DNA of 64,000 bases from Octopus sinensis (GCF_006345805.1 NC_043004.1:88040001-88104000); one strand, 5' to 3'; counted from the first letter of the stretch, positions 41,080 through 53,490 are shown. Numbers and translations: made by a program. The notes: a model not told the origin generated them from the letters alone.

Positions 41080-41270
41080 GGGAGTGTGGACAGGAGTCGC
41101 TTGCATGTAGTCCAGTGGTTAAAGCTTAGGTTGTTAGTCTTAACAAACTTTAACAGAGTGCATACACATATAACTATTCACACATACAACTCATTCTGCC
41201 ACTTCTACACAGTTAACAACCTAAACTTTAGCCACTGGACTACATGCAAACGACTCCTGTCTATTCTCCC
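41080..41270. mobile_element. MITE-like element, about 48-bp TIRs
   Basis: gacaggagtcgcttgcatgtagtccagtggttaaag.. pairs with ..ctttagccactggactacatgcaaacgactcctgtc. Confidence 0.8.
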
Positions 41271-41876
41271 ATCTGGCAGATTAAATTTAGACTGGCTTTA
41301 TTATAATAGACATGTTCGCTCAAACGTGTCGGCCTTCATTTTAGGCGCAAAATATACTGTCACGTGACACTAACGCACGGACGTAGTGGGAAACGTACTA
41401 AAGGTTCTGAACTTAATCACGTGTTCATTCTTTACAAACACTTGACAGAAAACATTCAGAGCATTGATTATTTGGTACTGTCATTAGACATGTTCAATCA
41501 ACCGTGTCAGCCTTAACTTACGACGCCAAACATTGTCACTTGATACCAACACACTGTCGTAGCGTGGAACAGAAAAATATTTCTAAGGCCAGTCATGTGA
41601 CTATCCCCAACCAATCAAGTCATATTCAAAAGATATACTAATTTGAGCTATGAACTCCCTATAAAAATAGGGCAAGCTTCAGACACTAGTCGGAAGCAAA
41701 ACAGCTGCAACATAAGGCACATTTTTTCTATTTGAACTTTTGAAAATTAGTATAAACTATGAAACCGGTTAAATCTTTAAATATAATAATAAAAAGATAT
41801 TTAAACTATTTTCAATTTATATTTTTCCTATATATACTATACATATACATTATATATATATATACATATACATATA

Positions 41877-41914
<38 letters not shown>

Positions 41915-41928
41915 ACATATATATATAT

Positions 41929-41959
<31 letters not shown>

Positions 41960-41978
41960 CTCACTCACTCTCACATGC

Positions 41979-42025
<47 letters not shown>

Positions 42026-42035
42026 TCTATATATA

Positions 42036-42081
<46 letters not shown>

Positions 42082-42216
42082 GAGGGCATTATATATACAT
42101 GCCAGAAGGCATTATACATACATGCCAAACGCTAAGAGGGACAATCAGTCATTTCTACCAAAAATATTACTAATCCCACCGAATGCAATTTTTCAAAGTA
42201 AGACATTTAAAAAATA

Positions 42217-42264
42217 AGACCTGTATCACAGTGATTTCATACTTACGTAATCATCAGCAGGCCT
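42217..42264 (-). ncRNA. Type I hammerhead ribozyme, copy 1
   Basis: Minus strand aggcctg-CTGATGA-t tac gtaa gta t-GAA-atca ctg tgat-A-caggtct; predicted cut between 42224 and 42223. Confidence 0.8.
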
Positions 42265-42698
42265 GAATGTATTATAAATAAACACGACCCTGCCCCGCTT
42301 AAGCCGATCAGCTAACTGATCAACATCTCAACGAAGCACATGGGTGAGTTTACATATATTACATCCGGGTAAATGGCAAACTTTTACGAATTGCATTTCG
42401 GGAGAGGAAAAGTTTTTTTCGGAATAAAAATTTAGCAATTAAGGACAACTACTTAATAAGGAAAACTTAACAAGAAATTGTCAGGTAGATAGCGTAAAAA
42501 CCTCATAAGAGAAAAAAATTTCGAAAATAATTATTTCTTATTGAACATATTAATTTATATATAGAGGGCATTATATATACATGCCAGAAGGCATTATACA
42601 TACATGCCAAACGCTAAGAGGGACAATCAGTCATTTCTACCAAAAATATTACTAATCCCACCGAATGCAATTTTTCAAAGTAAGACATTTAAAAAATT

Positions 42699-42746
42699 AG
42701 ACCTGTATCACAGTGATTTCATACTTACGTAATCATCAGCAGGCCT
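42699..42746 (-). ncRNA. Type I hammerhead ribozyme, copy 2
   Basis: Identical to copy 1, 482 nt away; predicted cut between 42706 and 42705. Confidence 0.8.
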
Positions 42747-42940
42747 TCCTTATTAAGTAGTTGTCCTTAATTGCTAAATTTTTATTCCGAAAAAACTTTT
42801 CCTCTCCCGAAATGCAATTCGTAAAAGTTTGCCATTTACCCGGATGTAATATATGTAAACTCACCCTGTGCTTCGTTGATGTTGATCAGTTAGCTGATCG
42901 GCTTAAGCGGGCAGGTCGTGTGTTTATTTATAATACATTC

Positions 42941-42988
42941 AGGCCTGCTGATGATTACGTAAGTATGAAATCACTGTGATACAGGTCT
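42941..42988 (+). ncRNA. Type I hammerhead ribozyme, copy 3 (inverted arm)
   Basis: Identical motif on the plus strand; predicted cut after A42981. Confidence 0.8.
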
Positions 42989-43251
42989 ATATTTAAATGT
43001 CTTACTTTGAAAAATTGCATTCGGTGGGGATTAGTAATTTTTTGGTAGAAGAAATGACTGATTGTCCCTCTTAGCGTTTGGCATGTATGTATAATGCCTT
43101 CTGGCATGTATATATAATGCCCTCTATATATAAATTAATATGTTCAATAAGAAATAATTATTTTCGAAATTTTTTCTCTTATGAGGTTTTTACGCTATCT
43201 ACCTGACAATTTCTTGTTAAGTTTTCCTTATTAAGTAGTTGTCCTTAATTG

Positions 43252-43284
<33 letters not shown>

Positions 43285-43285
<1 letters not shown>

Positions 43286-43494
43286 TTACTCTTTTACTTG
43301 TTTCAGTCATTTGACTGTTGCCATGTTGGAATACCGCCTTTAATCGAGCACATCGGCCCCAGGACTTATTCTTTTTAAGCCTAGTACTTATTCTATCGGG
43401 AACGTAAACACACCAGCATCGGTTGTCAAACGATGTTGGGAAGACAAACACAGACACACACAACATATGCCACACCCATACACACACACACACA

Positions 43495-43539
<45 letters not shown>

Positions 43540-43700
43540 CGACGGGCTTCTTTCAGTTTCCGTCTACCAAAAACCACTCACAAGGCTTTAGTTGGCCCGG
43601 AGCTATAGTAGAAGACAATTGCCTAAGGTGCCACGCATCGGGACTGAACCTGGAACCATGTTCTTCGTAAGCAAGCTACTTACCACACAGCCACTCCTAC
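43285..43700 (-). mobile_element. SINE type B
   Basis: Tail to head cassette. Confidence 0.88.
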
Positions 43701-43751
43701 ATATATATATATATATATATATAATATATATATATATAATATATATATAAT

Positions 43752-43794
43752 ATGTGAGTGGTTTTGGTAGACGGAAACTGAAAGAAGCCCGTCG

Positions 43795-43842
<48 letters not shown>

Positions 43843-44062
43843 GGTGTGCATATGTTTGTGTGTCTGTGTTTGTCTTCCCAACATCGTTTGATAACCGATG
43901 CTGGTGTGTTTACGTTCCCGTAACTTAGCGGTTTGGCAAAAACACCGATAGAATAAGTACTAGGCTTACAAAGAATAAGTCCTGGGGCCGATGTGCTCGA
44001 CTAAAGGCGGTGTTCCAACATGGCCACAATCAAATGACTGAAACAAGTAAAAGAGTAAAGAT
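43752..44062 (+). mobile_element. SINE type B, headless inverted twin of 43285-43590
   Basis: Shares private variants (cttcccaacatcgtttg, ccaacatggc, gtgagtggttttt). Confidence 0.85.
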
Positions 44063-44242
44063 ATATATATATGCATGTGAGAGTGAGGGAGAGAGATAAG
44101 TTAGTGATATAACCCTTATAAATATGTATATAAGAATGTATATATATATATATAGGTATGCGTGTATGTTATATATGTACATATGTATGTACATATACGT
44201 GCATACGTGTTATGCAAGTATATATTCACGCATGTATACATA

Positions 44243-44465
44243 CTCTTTACTCTTTTACTTGTTTCAGTCATTTGACTGCGGCCATGCTGGAGCACCGCCT
44301 TTAATCGAGCAACTCGACCCCGGGACTTATTCTTTTGTAAGCCCAGTACTTATTCTATCGGTCTCTTTTGCCGAACCGCTAAGTAACGGGGACATAAACA
44401 CACCAGCATCGGTTGTCAAGCAATGCTAGGGGAACAAACACAGACACACAAACACACACACACGC

Positions 44466-44498
<33 letters not shown>

Positions 44499-44540
44499 TA
44501 CGACGGGCTTCTTTCAGTTTCCGTCTACCAAATCCACTGT
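44243..44540 (-). mobile_element. SINE type B 3' part, young
   Basis: Near-identical to 28035-28320. Confidence 0.88.
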
Positions 44541-44894
44541 GTATATCTATGTAAGTATTTTTGTGTGTATTTGAGTGAGTGTGTGATACGCAGTGGTGTA
44601 AAACCCTGACTGATTTTTAGTAATAACGTTACAACCACAATGTTAATGCCTACATATTGTTTCGTTAATAATAACTCTATAACAGAAGAGTTACAATAAT
44701 ACGCTTTATATTAAATATTGACTTATCTTCTCCTTCCTTTAGCTTTTTATTGGATCAACTCCCATCAATTGTTTGAATTCCTATTTAGTTCTAATCCAGA
44801 AACACCATCAATACACAGGACTTTATCGAGCAAATATTTGACCATACCGACACAGTCAACACGGGTCTCAGTGTCAGTCTGTCTGACTATCTGT

Positions 44895-45110
44895 ACGTCT
44901 GTCTCTCTCAGTGTCTCTCTCTCTCTATCTCTCAGTGTCTCTCTCTCTATCTCTCAGTGTCTCTCTCTCTCAGTGTCTTTCTCTCTCAGTGTCTCTCTCT
45001 CTCAGTGTCTTTCTCTCTCAGTGTCTCTCTCTCTCAGTGTCTTTCTCTCTCAGTGTCTCTCTCTTTCAGTGTGTCTCTTTCTGTCTCTTTCTTTCTTTCA
45101 GTGCCTCTCT
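44895..45110. repeat. (CT)n-cagtgt minisatellite
   Basis: ctctcagtgtct units. Confidence 0.92.
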
Positions 45111-46360
45111 CTGTTCCCCCTTCCTGACAATTCGCCCAATCAACTCATCTTGTCCTCACTTTCTCCCCCGTTCTATCACACCTTTCTCTCTCCCTCTCTC
45201 CTCCTTGTTGCCTTACTCTCCTCTCCCTCCCCTCTCCCTGCTATTACATGTTCTGTTCTTTTCTCTCTCTTTGTCCCCCTTTATTCTTTTCCAATTTGTC
45301 TCTTCCTCTCCATCCATCAACATATCCATCTATTCATTCATTCATCCGTTCATCCATCGGTCCATCTATTCAACCATCCATCTATTCTTCTATTTATTCA
45401 TCCGTCTTTATGTCCGTCTAGCTACATACATGTAAACAGTTACCACACACACAAACACACGCACACACACACAATACACCTAATTATAAGTGGAAACTGG
45501 TAAGGAAATAATAATCACCGATAAAAATAATAGGATATTAGCCTGATATTGCTCCAGATCAGCTTATAGCACTCCAGTCGGCTCCTTATGTTAAAGCCGC
45601 ATAGTTAATCTTAGGCGCTAGTACACCAGTTAAAAGATTACGCTCTTTTCCTCACAAGCTACTGCGAAATATTCTACGTTCGAAACTCCCTCTTCATCTT
45701 GATAAATGTGAGACATAATCGTATGATCTGCTACTCATAAAATCAGTAACTTGATAATGCTGAAATGTCTGCGGTAATAATGCATTCTCTCCTTATAGTG
45801 TGTAGCTATTTTTCAGATTCCTTGAGAATTATTATCCTCGAAAAATGTTAAAAGAATGTCTTTATAAATCTATGAGGTTACAAAAAATAACTAGTTTATT
45901 GAAAGAAAATTCTCACTCACTCTCTCTCTCATTCACATACACACTTACGCACGCAAACACACATATTCGCACCCCCACACATACACACACACACACAAAT
46001 ACACACACTCATATGCACACATACACACAGTTACGCACACACAAACTTGATACTTTTTCAAATATATTTAAGAGATGTTTCAATCTGAAAATCGACTTTT
46101 CATTGCAGTTTGTTAAAAAGAAGTATTCTCGCTGGAGACAAAGAACACCATGGTTAGTTCAGACTGGTGGATGCATACATTTCGAAGTAATTATCAACTC
46201 ATCAGCACTGATACCAAGGCCATGCAATTCCAAACTGATTAAGAAACTAGGTTTGTCTTATAAAAAACGAAATTATTGACGTGTGTTACGTTTCTCCATG
46301 ATAAATTGACATAAGATGTCTTTTCACAGGTTCAAATATCTTTTAAACATATTTCAACTT

Positions 46361-46649
46361 GAGTAAAGGTTGTCTGTCAACGTAACATGACAGTCCTGGT
46401 TTAGGACGAATGTTGCTATAATTTAGCCCCAGGAGACATCGTCTCCAGCTGGCTATACGACATGAACTGTGTTCTTATATTTTTCGTACAAGAGAATCTA
46501 GCACCCCAACTCATCCCCTTGTTCGAAAAATGTAAGGACACAGATCAGGTCGTATAGCCAGCTGTAGACGATGTCTTCCGGGGCTAAATTACAGCAACAT
46601 TCGTCCTAAACCAGGACTGTCATGTTGCGTTGGCAAACAACCTTTACTC
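46361..46649. mobile_element. MITE with about 100-bp TIRs
   Basis: gagtaaaggttgtctgtcaacgtaacatgacagtcctggtttaggacgaatgttgc.. is mirrored by ..gcaacattcgtcctaaaccaggactgtcatgttgcgttggcaaacaacctttactc. Confidence 0.88.
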
Positions 46650-46759
46650 CAAAGTACTGTTGCTGAATATCTCTCGTTGTGAAATTTAAAAATAGTAATT
46701 TTCTAATATTTCAACTGGTATCAAATTTGCTTTCTTAATCACGACTTGGCTCATCTTCT

Positions 46760-46830
<71 letters not shown>

Positions 46831-47282
46831 TAAATTCAGTCATATGTATTAATATGTGTACATGTTTTCATACATACATACATCGTACATACATACATAA
46901 TCTGGGATAAACTAGGATTTTCAGAAAGAGAAATCGACCAGCTAATTTGTACATTACAGGTGCAATCTGTGAGTGGAGCAGTAAAAAATGCAAGACTTTC
47001 TCAAGTCCCAAATGTAAATCATATAGATATATATGCATATATATATTCAACATGTATGTTTATATATGTATAGGAATGTGTAAATACATATAATAAAGAC
47101 AGTAAAACTGAAGCTGTCGATACATAGTAGAGCATGATGTTTATTTTACGATATGTGTATAAGCTGAGTGTGTCTGTGCATGTGTAAACGTGCGTGTATT
47201 TGTATGAGTCATCGTAGCTGTAAAGCGAAGAGATGTCCACCTGCAGACACAAAGTTTTGAGTAGGAATCGACCCAAGAAAAC

Positions 47283-47331
<49 letters not shown>

Positions 47332-48589
47332 TCATACATGCATATACATACACAAATACGCTATCTCATACACATACTTACTAGCAATTTTTTATACGCG
47401 TCTATCTTGGTAGTGTCTGAATTGATACGTAAGAATCAGTTTGTCTAATGTCGATACCTGTACTGTAGTTGAAGTTTAATTAATGTTTAGAAATAAGAAG
47501 CGAAATAAATACAACCACAGTCACAGAACATATACACATAGAGCAGATATTCACGCTTAACATATACGAACATATACTTGCACGGACATATGCTCACGCA
47601 ATGCATACTAAGACGAGCGGATATGCCCACCAACTTATATTCAGGAGGATATATAGTCACAAGAACACATATTCAAAAGAAAGCAAAACGTAGATATTTA
47701 CAAATGCACACAGACATAAAGGAAAACAACAACAAAAAAAATATTACGAAAGTAAGAGAATTTAAGAAAACACCAACCACAAAATACCTCACAACCCATA
47801 AACGAGACGAGACGGAAGTTACCAGCAGATGCACTCAATTCACTGGAAAAATAACATGTATCGCTAATATCCTGCCTTTCTCATCTGCTTTTCCCTGCCC
47901 ATCTTTCTTTCAACTCTTTGTTTATATTCTTCTTTCTATCAGATTATTTCTTTTACTTCTTATTCTGCTAAGTTCAACGTTCTTTCGTCATTTTGTCATT
48001 TTTTTCTCTTACAGCGTTCTCTTTAAATATTCTCTCATTGTTTTTCTTCTCTGTCTACTTTTTTTTCCTTTTTCTAAATATTTTCTCATTCCCTCTTTCT
48101 CTTCTGTTATTTGTGCACGTATCGATTGGAATATCCTTTACTGAAATCTAATCCAAGCCAGTAAAACACGCAGGAAGGCTAATCCCTGTAAACGTTTATC
48201 ATTTAGACAAGGAAAAAAGTTAATTCCTCAGCTAACATTTGTTAATCGATAACTATCAAGTGAAGTGACCCCATCGTTTGAAAAGGGCATGAAGTGCAAG
48301 CTGTAAATGTTATCATGGATCTCTAAATGTTACTACGTCTCGGAACTATTGAATCTAAAATGGAAGGAATGTACCCACTGTTCGTGAAGATAATCCTGGA
48401 ATAGAAAAGTCTGTTGTGGGTTAGTGAGAAAAATTTGAATGTTGAAAGTGGATTCTTTGGTGAGAATTTGAAGGTAGAAACTATGTCGCATCTTCATGTC
48501 GTTGATGCAGAACCAGTATATGTATATGTATATGTTATGTGTATATATAATATATATTATTATATATATATATATATAATATCTATATG

Positions 48590-48663
<74 letters not shown>

Positions 48664-48728
48664 TAATATATATATATATTATATATATATATATATAATA
48701 TATATATATAATATTGTATATATATATA

Positions 48729-49127
48729 TAGGCGCAGGAGTGGCTGTGTGGTAAGTAGCTTGCCTACCAACCACATGGTTCCGGTTCAGTCCCACTGCGT
48801 GGCACCTTGGGCAAATGTCTTCTACTATAGCCTCGGGCCGACCAAAGCCTTGTGAGTGGATTTGGTAGACGGAAACTGAAAGAAGCCCGTTGTATATATG
48901 TATACATATGTATGTGCATGTATGTTTGTGTGTCTGTGTTGGTCCCCCTAGCATTGCTTGACAACCGATGCTGGTGTGTTTATGTCCCCGTCAATTAGCG
49001 GTTCGGCAAAAGAGACAAATAGAATAAGTACTGGGCTTACAAAGAATAAGTCCCGGGGTCGAGTTGCTCGACTAAAGGCGGTGCTCCAGCATGGCCGCAG
49101 TCAAATGACTGAAACAAGTAAAAGAGT
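48729..49127 (+). mobile_element. SINE type B, full-length reference-like copy
   Basis: tRNA-like head (tggctgtgtggtaag, ggttcagtccc), cttgggcaa core, (TA/TG)n middle, gtaaaagagt tail. Confidence 0.92.
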
Positions 49128-49229
49128 ATATATGTATGGTGGTTGTCTACTCCTTATGCAAAGTCTGACCACCTCATGTACCTACACCTTAGTTCCCTCA
49201 TGGCATCTGATGTGGCTTTATATACTATT

Positions 49230-49600
49230 TACACTTTTATTTGTTTCAGTCATTTGACTGTGGCCATGCTGGAGCACCGCCTTTTGTCGAGCAAATCGAC
49301 CCCAGGACTTATTCTTTGTAAGCTTAGTACTTATTCTATCGGTCTCCCTTGCCGAACCAGTAAGTTACGGAGACGTAAACACATCACCATCGGTTGTCAA
49401 GCAGACACGCACACACACACACACATACACACATATATATACATATATACGACGGGCTTCTTTCAGTTTCCATCTACCAAATCCACTCACAAGGCTTTGG
49501 TCGGCCCGAGGCTATAGTAGAAGACACTTGTCCAAGGTGCCACGCAGTGGGACTGAACCCGGAACCATGTGGTTGGTAAGCAAGCTACTTACCTACGCCT
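49230..49600 (-). mobile_element. SINE type B
   Basis: Same cassette. Confidence 0.85.
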
Positions 49601-49650
49601 AAAATATAATATTATATATATATATATATATTATATATATATATATATAC

Positions 49651-49690
<40 letters not shown>

Positions 49691-50497
49691 AGAGAGAGAG
49701 AGAGAGAGAAAGAAAGAGATTGAGAGACTACAGTGTTCAATGCGTGACACAAACGCAGAAGGAGCCAAGTGACTATAAGAGAGGATAAAGTCCAGAATCC
49801 GAGGAAGTTAGTGATGTTTTGTATCAGTTACAATTAATCCAAAGGATGTCTAGATGATAGACGCCAGATGGATTAGAAAAGTACAATAAATTCAAATGAT
49901 GTGAGGCGTGAAGCATCTAACATTTCAGAACAAAAGAGTCATCGCACCCAACAATAATTGAATTGGAGATAAAAAAAAGGGGAGATATTGTAAACAAAAC
50001 CCGATTTAATTGTTGTTGTTGGGGTGCTCGTGGTTTTAATGCCATTGATGTTAGGCCGCTGATCACTCGTGCTCTGACAGACCTATGATCTTTTCTTGAA
50101 CTAATATATATATACGACGAATTATCGGCGCTGAGTTCAAATCTCGCCGAGGCCAACTTTGTCCTCCATTCATTCAGTCATTCACTTGGCCTGAACTTGT
50201 CATCATAATATTGTGGAAACTAGAAATATTTTCTTTTTAAGACGAAAATAAATTTTTTGCTTCTGTTTAACATGACTTGGCTATCAAACCTGCCTCCACT
50301 TTGTTAGTGATTTTGAGAAAGGCATGAATGCCCTAAACTCCCGTTGACCCTTTATATTTACCACCCTTTGCACATAGTACATTTTATCCTTGAATTTTAT
50401 TGAAATGCTACATAAAATTGAATGTTTCAGTTGTTTTGTCAATGCTATAAAATTGACTACGAAATAACACCTTTTTTTCTGAACACAGCTTAATATT

Positions 50498-50935
50498 GTT
50501 AGGTGGTGAGCTGGCAGAACTGTTAACACGCCGGACAAAATGCTTAAAAGCATTTCTTCCGTCTGGCAGCGAACTGGCAGAAACGTTAGCACGTCGGGCG
50601 AAATGCTTAGCGGTATTTCGTCTGCCGTTACGTTGTAAGTTCAAATTTCGCCGAGGTCGACTTAGCCTTTCATCTTTTCGGTGTCGATAAATTAATTACC
50701 AGTTACGCACTGGGGTCGATGTAATCGACTTAATCCCTTTGTCTGTCCTTGTTTGTCCACTCTCTGTTTAGCCCCTTGTGGGTAGTAAAGAAATAGGCAT
50801 TTCTTCCGTCTCGTTACGTTTCGTGTTCAAATCTCATCGAGTTTAACCTTGCCTTTCATCCTTCCAGGGTTGATAAAATAAAATACCATTCAATATTGGA
50901 GTCGATGCTATGTGACACCCCTTAAAATTGCAGGC
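50498..50935 (+). mobile_element. SINE type A with duplicated head
   Basis: gagctggcagaac..ttaacacg followed by gaactggcagaaacgttagcacg. Confidence 0.85.
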
Positions 50936-51113
50936 ATTGAACTCTGCAATGGACCGGCGTGTCGCTCAGGGGGATTGTTGGGTTCTCGTCACTTATATGC
51001 CGTGGAAACTGTGTAATCAGCTTAATCAATCATAGAACGCGAAAAAAATATTGTTATAGCTATTCTTATTTTGAAGCACTGCACTTGAAGAAATGTAATA
51101 AATACAACTAGTA

Positions 51114-51390
51114 TGTGTTGTGTGGACGCCCCCAGACGATGAAGTAGGCTAGTCCAATACGTAGATATAGAGGGAGAAGTCTAGACGTCAAGGTAGACTG
51201 AACAGTTGAGTAGAAGAAGAGTAACGGAATTGAGTAGAGGTGAACCGAACGTGCGATATAACAGTGGCGACGACGATTTCGTAGCACACACAGCCACTGT
51301 GTAGTATTGCGATATAACAGTGTGATACAGTATTTAATTACTGAACTGGAGAAAAGATATGTACTATGTGCTGTCGCATTAAGTACAACA
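51114..51390 (+). mobile_element. Possible short LTR remnant with tRNA-Ser-like PBS
   Basis: TG..CA ends; TGGCGACGACGAT at 51265-51277 directly follows ..tataaca. Confidence 0.35.
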
Positions 51391-52494
51391 CAGTATCAAT
51401 ACTAGTTTCCTATAAGGCGGTAAGCTGGTAGAATCGTAACTCACCGTGTAAAATGCTCTGAATTCAAATTCCACCGAGGTTGATATTGCCTTTCATCCTT
51501 TCGGTGTCAATAAGATAAGTTGCTGTTGAACACTGGGAGGGCGGGGGGGAGGGGTCGATGTAATCGACTTAGTCCCTTCCACAACACTGCTGGCCTTGTG
51601 CCAAAATTTGAAACCAATATTAGTTTTCTATTTCTTCAACGATAACAGGATCGTATGAAGGAAAATGGAAAACAAATAATGATTAGCAATAAATTGTATT
51701 GAAATACTCATTTTTTTTTCTTACTGAATTCGTTTTCAATTCTTGTTTAAAACATAATTATATCGTATTTTAATAACACATTCATTATACTATCATCATA
51801 ATTTTGACTAAAATTTATTAATGTTTCTGCATATTTGAATAAATATTAGTTTTAACGAAATATAACAGCAATACATATAAGTGTCGTATTGAAAATAATG
51901 TAAAACTTATAGATTCAGAGCTTTTTCTGTCTAGCTATAAGATACGCTTTGATGAAGGAACAACAATTTAGAATGTATCTTAATAGAAGGAAAGCAATTA
52001 AACAATTTTACGTACATACATATATATATGAGTGTGCGTGTGCGTGTTAACTTTTAAGTAAGACTGCAGGTGTCTGAAAGAAAGAAGTCTGTAGTTTAAA
52101 ATTTTAGTGAATCACCGAGAAGCATTTCTTTTTAATTACCAGGTGTGGAGGAAGGTGCCCGTGTTCACGGCCTTCGCAGATCCTCCAAGACAGTGTGAAT
52201 TATTCCGTCAAAGTTCTGCTTAAAAACTGTTTAAAAACTCAATGACTTCGGAGAAAAAAGTGAGCAGGGAGTGAATTCTTGCGACCGACATTATAGAGAG
52301 GAAAGCCTGGAATTATGGGATAGTGTAGGGCCTAGGGGGTTAGTCACAGCATAAACGGTCGGAAGAGGCGAGACGGGAGTATCTGAGTAGAATTTGCAAG
52401 ATATCAGCCAGATTTGATGAGCAGAAGTCATAACTGTAGTGGTGGAAAATGCAAAGAGAGAGAGAGAGAGAGATAGAGAGATAGATAGAGAGAG

Positions 52495-52534
<40 letters not shown>

Positions 52535-52789
52535 GATATGTGTGTGGGCCAAAAGCTGGCGCATGTCCGTGAGTGTATTTACGCTAACCAATCGAATGTC
52601 CTTTCTCTAGAAGTGGTTGAGGATATCTGTGTTAAGCAGTGATTCATCGTGAACAGAAGGTTCTAGATATGAGAGCAGTAGTCCATTGTAGGTAACAGTT
52701 GAGCTTTGGTGTTTAAAGGTATTTTCTAGTTTTGAAGAGAAGACCTAAATTTTGAGACGTAATTCTAGCCGAGGTTTGCAATAAACGAA

Positions 52790-52996
52790 TTCGGGAGGGT
52801 TAGCACGCCGGGCGAAATGCGTAGCCGCATTTCGTCTGCCGTTACGTTCTGAGTTCAAATTCCACCGAGGTCGACTTTCATCCTTTCGGGGTCGATAAAT
52901 TAAGTAGCAGTTACGCACTGGGGGGGCGATGTAATCAACTTAATCCGTTTGTCTGTCCTTGTTTGTCCCCTCTTGTGGGTAGTAAAGAAATAGGTA
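52790..52996 (+). mobile_element. SINE type A flanked by a roughly 63-bp direct duplication
   Basis: 52717-52780 is repeated at 52992-53053. Confidence 0.85.
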
Positions 52997-53104
52997 TTTT
53001 CTAGTTTTGAAGAGACCTAAGTTTTGAGACGTAATTCTAGCCGAGGTTTTGCATTTAACGCATTTAGGAGAGTTCTAGTTGTTCGCTGCTCATCTACAAA
53101 AGTC

Positions 53105-53490
53105 CACGGGATTTTCCAGGAAGTTTCTTCCTCGGAACTTTCCGGGAAGTCTTCGGAATTTTCCAGGAAGTTTCACCATCGGAACTTTCTACGAAGTCCG
53201 CGGAACTTCCCACGAGGTCCTCAGAATTTTACAGGAATTGTAACCCACAGAACTTTCCAGGAAGTCCTCGGAATTTCCCAGGAAATGCCATCTTCGGAAC
53301 TGTCCTGGAAGTGTCTCATCCGCGGAACTTTCCATGAATTCCTCAGAATTTTCCAGGAAGTCTCATCCTCGGTTCTCTCCAGGAAGTCTCTCATCGTCGG
53401 AACTGTCCAGTTAATCATCGGCGCTTTCCAGAAAGTGTCTCATCCTCGGAACTTTTCAGGAAATACTCGGAATTTTCCAGGAGATCTCTC
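53105..53490 (-). repeat. Minisatellite, same family as 13870-14465, inverted
   Basis: ccaggaagtctcatcctcggaact units. Confidence 0.9.

Larger units (their letters stand above)
42081..43253. mobile_element. Retrozyme-like 482-bp repeat: about 1.4 direct plus about 1.05 inverted copies
   Basis: agagggcatt begins at 42081 and at 42563 (period 482). 42746-43253 is the reverse complement of the circularly permuted unit. No meaningful ORF; (TA)n on both sides. Confidence 0.8.

Noticed and set aside
46170-46210. Minus-strand CTGATGA-g..c-GAAATGTA motif
   Set aside because: The core is present but there is no helix I and stem II is unpaired.
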